A stretch of DNA of 64,000 nucleotides from Mizuhopecten yessoensis (Eukaryota), in assembly GCF_002113885.1 (NCBI RefSeq), contig NW_018406103.1:37865-101864 (forward strand), read 5' to 3'. Positions 55,801 to 64,000 of this stretch are shown in pieces. Each line of letters opens with the position of its first letter. Positions within the stretch are counted from its first letter, which is position 1. Below the pieces are notes generated by a model. The model was not told the origin of the DNA. It made no database searches and was given only the letters and a program-made list of their open reading frames with translations. The translations under genes and the position numbers were made by a program.

Positions 55801-58800
55801 TCTGGAATGTTACTACTGAGGGAAAGATTAGTATTAAAGTTGCCTTATCATGTTTGTTGTAAAATTCGTTTGTGAAGTTATAATTATTNAAACTCAATAA
55901 AAGGGGGTTCGCAAAGTCTGGAATGTTACTACTGAAGGAAAGATTAGTATTAAAGTTGCCTTATCATGTTTGTTGTAAAATTCGTTTGTGAAGTTTAATT
56001 ATTGTCATATTTTAGGTGAAAACAGATCACGATATATTTTTTCAAACACATTATCCTCTTGCTTTGTGAATTATTTTCTTTTAAATGAAACTAGATAGAC
56101 AGACTTACTTTCAGCTTCTGTTACACTGCAAACAAATAGACTCTCAAGTAGTTTGGCTCTGGCATTAGATACTTCCAGTTGAAGTCTTAGGCTGACATTT
56201 TCGTAGTCTGCAACTGCCTGTAGCTCTTCGGATTCCAGGTACGAAGCTAACCTCACAACACATTCTTTACCCGTGTGGAGATTATATTGTTCGATCCAGC
56301 GTAGGTATGTGACGACCCGAGAAGGCGGTATGTATATATCCGCCTCGAAGACGGACTCCACGTGCTTTCGGATGACTTCCACACATTCTGTGATCAAGTT
56401 TTCTGTCCGATACTCATCTGCTAAAGGTAGTACTGTGTCCAGCTTTTTATCTGTAAATAACCGGATTTAGAGGGAAGTATGATTTATTTTGTAACTATAA
56501 ATCAAGATGATATTTAAATATGGTTCTACGCCATCTTCCTCCACATTTAAACAGACAATCCTAATATTTATGTCTCGGACATAATTTTATATTATTTGAA
56601 AAGGTGTTTCGACCGAAATGTCCATTGGAAAACATCTATATCCACTGTAATACCATTAATCATTGAGTGATCCCGCGTTTCCGTCAAGTACAGAGTATTT
56701 ACAACGGGAACAACCTATTCTCTGAGCGCCAAGAACTGCGACACTTTGAAGAATCATCTCCGACCAAAAGTTTTCGTACCCGCAAATGATCCCATACATT
56801 TAGTATGCAATCGATACACTATTATCCCTCTTTCATCATCGATTCCCGGGGGGCTACGTTCGATCACTTACGTTCTCTGAGCCTTTGTTTTTTGTCATAG
56901 CAAAATTTAAGACACACGATTAGTTATTTGATTGGTCGAAGGAACAAAAATTGCCCCATCGCTAGGCTGATACTAGACTAGCGGGATAAACATCCGAGGC
57001 GTATTCAAACAATACAGTGGGTCCTATTCTAAGTCTATTAAATGTGCTTATACTATTATTTATTTTGCAAACTAAAATTGTTACTAAAAAAATGATCATA
57101 GTTACAGCACATATTTATTATTACCTGTAACTTTGTCAGGGAAAAAGGGCAGAAGACATTTTAGGAATGTGGCCATCTCATCATAGGTTTTCCCAGGGAA
57201 CTCCAGCTTCCTTTTAGTGTCGTCAGTGCACTCGTCTTGTTGCCACTCTTTCTTAAGCCAAGCCTCAAAAACAGGTGAAGCTGATTCTAGTAAGGCTTTG
57301 TTTACATGAAGATTTTTTTCTTCGACTACCAGTATTACATCGTTCGGCAGGAAGCCTGGATCTATTTGAGCCTAAAATTTGATGAAGGTTTTTACGGACA
57401 TGTCCAAAGAATTCTTTCAGTGTCAGTTACTATTATTCATTCATTTGTCAAAAGTCTCATAATCAGAGTAATGCTATATTTAATAAGACAATGATTAGGG
57501 AATTATAAGAAAGATGTTGAATTGGGAAGCTTCATCACTGAATTCATAATTTAAAGTACGGAACTCACCAGATTTTGTTCCTGATGTCAATAACGAACAC
57601 TTTAGAGGAATAACTTATACAACATCCCTACATATTATATTTTGTGATCCTTACTATAGACATGGGCTGGTTGTTATATCTTCTTGTTGTTTTAGTAATA
57701 TTATAAAGTATTATCATCTGAACTTGTGAATGAATAACATCCTAATAACTTGCAACATATATCAAAAGTTCCGAACGTTATAGCGATTGATAAAAGCATA
57801 CATCGGCTACTCACAACACACGTTTCGTCCGTTACTTCAATATCCAGTATTGGCACTGGTTTGGTGTGATCACCAGACTGATTTGTGTCGTATTCTAAAC
57901 TTTCATCGCACTGGTTTTGAAGAAGAACACCAGGTTTCTGCATTCTATAAAGATTAAAAAAATGGTTTGCCTTAGCGTACATATCAACTGGTGGAAACAT
58001 AAATGTAAAAAATATAATATAAAAAAATACAATTTTATCATAATTAATTAGTCTTTCAGAGTTAAAATGTTAACACTGTTATTCTTCAAATTGTATAAAA
58101 ATAGATAAAATATCTACAACCCTTAAAACTGAGACATCCACTTTTATAACTAACTAACTAATAAATAAGTAAGGTAAAGATTGGATGCCATTAACGATAG
58201 TAAAAAAATCATTATTTCTTAATCAATTCAAGTTGATTTTTTTAAGAAGACTCCAGTATAGTAAAGTGAACAAAATGAATGTCACGGTTTCATTATCTAG
58301 AAATCTGTTAGGGTTCGTTGGAGTATATATCACCAAAAACATGAAGAAATAGTAGTTTCAAGGAGTGTTAACACAGGGGACAGGGCTAGACTGTATCCCA
58401 TGAGTGAAGGGGAATCCTGTCATGGATGTTGGATTCGGGGCTCTCAAACATTATTCATTTTGGAAAACATAGTTTTGACAAACTGCAACCTTTTTCGGGG
58501 TACCTGCTTTTGTTTAAAGAGCAACGGCCGCCCAAATCTATTTTCACGTAATAATTTGTAACCCAAAAATGTCTCTAACGTGATGATTACATACCACTCT
58601 AAGTGGGGGATCACTCGGCTCGTGTATCGATGAAGATGTTGTAGTGGCTTTTTTATTATTGTTTTTATGTTACTAAACCATATCATGAAAAGGCAATTTT
58701 TCAGATTGTGTACACTTATTCTAATTTTGTTGATTTATTGTAATTAAAAGGTATACTTTCACTTTCGTTTTGGTTTCCTTAAATTGGGCTTAAGGTATAA

Positions 58801-60316
58801 TCGTGCATAACATGTATAAAAAAAACTTTATTTATAGAGTATAAAAGACACGTTTAGCTTAAAAATCCAATCTTCCACGTGGTCCTCTTGCCAGTCAAAT
58901 ACATGTGTAAGTTAAAAGATATACATTATTTATTTACACAATTATTATTTCTAAGATGATATCACAGTTATCTTCATTTACAATATCAAAATACAAAAAG
59001 CTGAAGTAGATGTATGTGTTGTTTGCTAGTCCTTTATTTGGTGAATTTAAAGGGTGACACCCGAAAACGTGAGGTATACAGTTAGGGCACCAACGCTACG
59101 AGTAACAGGTAAACGATCATTACATGTAGGGTCCTTCTCCAGCTAAGTAACCTTTAAAATACTGGTAACAGATCAGACGCCGATATACTGTACGGATATC
59201 ACCACCCCGCTTTAAGTCATTCACCAATTAACGACTCTTGACGGGAGCGACTTGAATTGCAGTAGATACAATAACACGAAATTACGTGTTAAAATAAAGA
59301 TTCGTTATCAACGAGGTCTTGTCCAAACAGGGCAACAACAAAATCACATGTATCTGCAGCCCGTGCAGCCCGTGCATAATTAGATTTTTTTTTCTCCTCC
59401 TAAGGGGTCAATGAAGAAAATGTCCGCTGACTCATTGCCACATTTTTGTTCCAGATTCCTTTTCTTAATTCATGATTCTTTCGTCTCGGCGGTGTCCCCT
59501 TAAGCACTTACCTTTGTATGACTTTAGCTGTTGTGAGAACGTTACGAGCTTTAACCTCAAACAAATCTGCTGATCAAGTGTAAATTAAAGAGGTTGATCA
59601 GTCTTAGTACATAAATCATGCAATTTCACTTTCGTTTAGATTTCCAGGAAACCCTAAATCGGGCTATGTGTATTTGTTGTTTGCAAATCCTTTATTCGGT
59701 GAGTTTAAAGTGTGACACCCGATGCCGCAAGGTATGCAGGTGGGTCACAAACGCTACGAGTAACAGGTAAACGAGCTAAAAAGGGAAACATTAAACTACT
59801 GTTAACAGATCAGACGGCGACATACGGACCTTCCGAACGAATACATAGCTGTCTGCTCACGAACGTCTATCCCAAAAAGACTATCAACGAGTAAGACTTG
59901 ACATGAAGTAGATACATTACGGGGAAATTACGTGTTAAAATAAAGTTTCTTACACAGGCGACAAAAATAAGCCACATATATGTGCAGCTCATACAGTACC
60001 GTTTTATTTTCTTCAGCTTTGTGGTCAGTGAAGAAGAAAAAGTCCTCTATCCCCATTGTAACATTTGTGATCCTGATTTGTATTTTTCACTTCCTTATTC
60101 TTTCGTTTCTATGATCTCCCAATGCACTAGCCTTTGTATGACTTTAACTGTTGTGAGAAAGTTACTAGGTGTTATCCCAAACAAACAAAAATGTACATGG
60201 ACTACATTGTATAACTAAATAGATGGTGATGCAAATACTGCATACAAACACGTATACTATTACGTTAAATAGCAACATAGCTGAACCTCTGTCCTGTTAC
60301 GAAATACTTACGCCAT
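52900..60316 (-). CDS. BTB/POZ gene paralog 4, apparently intact, 381 aa. Exons: 60312-60316, 57815-57944, 57125-57371, 56109-56450, 52900-53321
   Basis: 5+130+247+342+422 = 1146 nt, open, all GT-AG. Reads MAMQKPG..AQIDPGFLPNDVILVVEEKNLHVNKALLESASPVFEAWL..ERHVLQMCKCI*. Confidence 0.88.
53683..55733. mobile_element. ~2-kb insertion in intron 4 of paralog 4 (unclassified; contains a SINE-like piece and a ~155-bp x3 tandem repeat at 55245-55700)
   Basis: Absent from the paralog 3 intron (gtccaactgcaggc at ~39591). Flanked by ccaaatgca / ccaactgca. Confidence 0.6.
58595..58637 (+). pseudogene. Shorter 5.8S rRNA pseudogene fragment, paralogous to 42415-42515
   Basis: actctaagtgggggatcactcggctcgtgtatcgatgaaga, with the same upstream flank (ttcggggtacctgct...). 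Confidence 0.85.
58755..58771 (-). promoter_or_regulatory. IRF-E/ISRE motif in intron 1 of paralog 4
   Basis: actttcactttcgtttt is identical over 17 bp to 4741-4757. Confidence 0.55.
59624..59650 (-). promoter_or_regulatory. ISRE plus consensus GAS (TTCCAGGAA) composite element, intron 1 of paralog 4
   Basis: tttcactttcgttt-aga-t-ttccaggaa. Confidence 0.6.
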
Positions 60317-63300
60317 TGTATCGCTGGCAACAAGGAAGATGTGATCCTGCTCTACACATGCGCAGACGGGGAGGGGATGGGTTTATCGCATCGATTACAG
60401 ATATTTTTGTACATATGACTTTAACAAATAACACTGCATCCCACCATTGGCTAGAACAGTCCCGGTCATAAGTCAACACAGAATGACATTTTACCAGATG
60501 ACAGATATTACAAAATTAATTTATCACGTAATATCAATATAGCAACACAAAATATGATCACTTTACAAAATAGCACCAGTTACATATAATTTAATGATGT
60601 TTCTCATACTATGAAAAGCAAAACAGAATATATATTGATTGTCACTTTTCAATATAAAGATTTAGTGCATAATGTGCAGCTACATAGACCAATCGATAAG
60701 GAACAATGAAATTATCATTTTTCAAATTTCTATATCAATGAGATATAGAGAAGGTCGTTTTTAAGTAGTGTATGGTATGTGTTAATTAAGTATATAGAAA
60801 ATATTTTTATTTTAAGTACATTATTAAGTATATATTTTCAAAAAAGTATGCCAAATTACTATCATAATGTATTTATATAATAAAAGACCCTTCATATCTA
60901 AGCACACAATCTAAAAGGGTGATTGTGGGGAAAATAAAGAGTTGTTGTGTCACCACTTATTCTGATGTTTAAATATCAACATCACCCATGTAAGTTATAC
61001 GTGATCACTATCACTGTAAGAGATGACCCCGTAATCACATGTATCTGTTTTACGTTTATCTGTGGAGATATGTAGGCAATCATATACTGATAAAAAATAA
61101 TTTAACCAATGTAAAAATCAGAGTTATATTTAGTAGAAATAGAGTGCGAAACCCAATATGGACAGTTGACAGGTTACCGGCCTTAAGTTGGTTGTTTAGG
61201 GTTGAAAGTCCTATTCACATCTTATTTCATTTAAGGATGTGTCTCAGTGTGTGTTGTGTAAGCGTGCATGTGTGTATGTGTGCTAGAGGGAAGGTATGTT
61301 GGAGTACTTGCCTCCTTGTGATAACGCGGATCTGATGCCGACTTTATAGTGCCATCACACTGGAATACCATACCGAAGGTACCCAGCACAGCATTTCACT
61401 CGGCCTCAAAGGAATCAGGTAAGTTGTTACTGTATTACATAAAATGTACCAGTATGATAAACTTTGCATTACTGTACACTTCTATGTATTAGAATATGTA
61501 CATTTGAATACTGTCAACGTATATATTTTAGCGGTGTTGTAATTTTAGATCCTTTCGCGCTTTGAAAATTCCGCTAAGTTATGATTACGTTAATAGAAAA
61601 TTTTACTTGTTTATAGCTTTCTATTGAGCATATTTTGAGTGCGTGAATGTATCTACACTGGCTTTAATCCGTTCAAATGCCATAAAACGCTAAGATTTGA
61701 CTCCGCTAAAATAAGCACTTTTACAGTATAATATTTCAAACAGTAGGTTAATTACCAAGTTTTCACGCTGGTTAATTACTATTGCGTTGCTCTACTTGTT
61801 GTAGCAATCCGGCAGACATTAAATCTCTTAAATTAGCATTCAATGTTGATACGCTTGACCGGTATATGAGTTGAATTTGATTGGGTGGTTTTGAGTTTAA
61901 TAACCAAGACAATAGGTTTTAATTTGAACATTATAACACNCGGACGAAAAGCGATTGGAATAGGTCACTTGAGCAAAGCTCAGGTGACTTAAAAATAATA
62001 AATTAACACTGGTCTCGGAAAGTGATATTGAGAAATTCGTTCAGACAATTAAGGACAACAACCAAATAACATACATTCGTGCGAAACAAATATTATGAAA
62101 TGCTTGTGCATCGAATTTTTATCGTTGCGTTGTGTTCCATGTTTTTGAAAGAAATGTTTATTAGCTTCAGAAAAATAAGGTACATTAGTTGCATAGGTTT
62201 CGAAGCAAAGTAAAGCAGTCTGAAACCAGACTATTGTTTACTATGGTGATGGTGTGTATGTACTGTTTATCGGTGAGAGGAGAACTAGCTAAGTTTTCAT
62301 TCACTCTTCCAGGTTCAAAAGTTCCTATTATATAGAGCATTTATATACAATTCAATATCCTTTAAAAGCATTTTTTTTTTTGGAAAAATATGCAACTCGG
62401 TTCTTTTGCCGTCTTCGTAAACACTCATTTTGTTAACGTACTATAGTCTTCGTTTGTCTCTTCTGAAACGAGCCAGAATAATAATTTAACATTATTCTAA
62501 TCAATTTACATGAGCATGTTAGATTTCCTCAGTTCAAAATATGGCACGTTAAAGTCTTTTATAAGTGTTTATGACTATATCAGAATTACTAAGTTGTGCA
62601 TTTTTTTCAAAAATGCGTCTTTCTTGTTTTCTGTGATTGGTACTGATTATTTGGAACGGATGTTAGCACTGTCGCATGGATGTTTGCCAAAAATATATTT
62701 CATTGTTTAAATACCATATACAATATCTGCCTTTTTACTTCCACAGACATGGCATGGAAGGCCCGTTTCGACTTCTGAAAGCCTGCAGCGATAAGGACAT
62801 AAAAAACAACGCAATATATATGGATAATTATCTTTACGACGGCTTTCAAATCTACTATGCAGAACTGTTCTAGTAGCTTTTTATATATGTTACGTGAAAT
62901 AATTGTAAATCATAGCTATTTTGATATATCACGTGTTATTGTTGAAGAGACGAAACTTTGAAATCGCTAATTAGCAAGCCTTTTTTTCATCTTTTCGCGT
63001 GTGATTTCTCTTCTTTTTTGTCTTTTCAACCACCGTAGGACAAAGACCTTGTCTTGGGTTTTGTCTTTGTTTTCACATATCCCTGTGCCGCACAGACAAT
63101 ACAGGCTACTTTGTCTGTTCTTTTCTACTATATCTCATGAAAACACCATATAGGAGTTTTTCGGCTTTACCTACTCGTATGTCTCTGGACAAAGACAAAG
63201 TGGAATGTGTTGTCTTTGTTTTTGTTTGTCTCTCATGGCTAAAGCATATAGCTGAGTGGCGCTGTCTATTCTATTATTATACTAGACACGTCAACGTGTA

Positions 63301-63919
63301 TCAATAAATCTGTCTGATTTTAGCGTGGAAAATTCAGAGAGCGTGCAGTCGTCCATCCGTCCGAAATATTTGTCCGTGTCATCACTTCTGACTTGCTCAA
63401 GCGTGCTCAATGAAATGTTAGGGTACATGGAGGATGGTAAGGTGATGTGTTGCGTATAACTATGCTATATTTTGTATAATTAATACGAAAATCGTAAGTC
63501 AATGGCTACTATGCCAATATACACGACGATGTCTTGGTCTAGAAATACACAAACGTCCGGTACTCTACATTAATAGTTAAACACTCTTCTTTGATATTCT
63601 ATTTCCACAAGTTAATAAAAGGCTTCAAATTGGTTAAGTTTTCTTAAGGCGTTCTTTGATATCATCTCAGTGTTACAAGTGGTTATATACTTAATAATGA
63701 TTATCTATATTTCCGATATAAAAAAACCTCTGGATGTTTCAAGGTCGTTGACCCGGAAAACGATTCTTCAAATCCAATCTACCAGACCTAAAGCTACAGA
63801 TAGATAGGTACGCAGATCATACCTTCCGTGTATTTTTCTTCTTGAAAATCGACATCAGGAGAATTGAGTGTGTATCTCACAAAAATATATAATACTGTTC
63901 ATCTCACTTACAAACCAAC

Positions 63920-64000
63920 ATAGAAAGTATTGTATATGTGTCTCACTAACACACAGAAATAGAAAGTATTGTGTATGTGTCTCACTAACACACAGAGATA
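63920..64000. repeat. ~40-bp tandem repeat running off the window
   Basis: atagaaagtattgtgtatgtgtctcactaacacacaga, two copies. Confidence 0.8.

Noticed and set aside
49970-56000. Short duplications flanking the Ns at 50017 and 55889
   Set aside because: Near-identical overlaps at single-N joins are typical scaffold artefacts. The N at 61940 is also a gap.
1621-56470. Recurring plus-strand ORFs (SIQRRYV..GGMYIS..) at 1621, 20402, 40016 and 56273
   Set aside because: Antisense shadows of BTB gene exon 4.

Overview
AT-rich, intron-containing animal genomic DNA, most likely a bivalve mollusc (inferred from the repeat types: Helentron-like HINEs with ~150-bp internal repeats, tRNA-derived SINEs, Crypton and ISL2EU-like relics). 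The core is a minus-strand tandem array of four paralogous 5-exon BTB/POZ genes, plus a probable fifth copy cut off at an N gap. I rebuilt the gene models by hand and the splice phases are consistent: a 5-nt first coding exon (ATGGC|gtaagt), an acidic exon 2, a BTB exon (241/247 nt), a 342-nt helical exon, and a last exon with an unrecognised C-terminal domain whose central loop is hypervariable. Copy 4 looks intact (381 aa). Copy 1 runs off the left edge. Copy 3 has a single 1-nt deletion near its end. Copy 2 has several lesions. Intron 1 of the paralogs carries repeated IRF-E/ISRE motifs (GAAAGTGAAAGT), some paired with GAS-like TTCCnGGA(A/T) sites, and the promoter/first-exon module is itself duplicated. 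Together these suggest an interferon-like inducible, diversifying BTB adaptor family (inference). Also present: two co-duplicated 5.8S rDNA pseudogene fragments, two related Crypton elements sitting in the same 35-bp minisatellite, Tc1, ISL2EU-like, LINE, SINE, HINE and MITE relics, and several tandem repeats.
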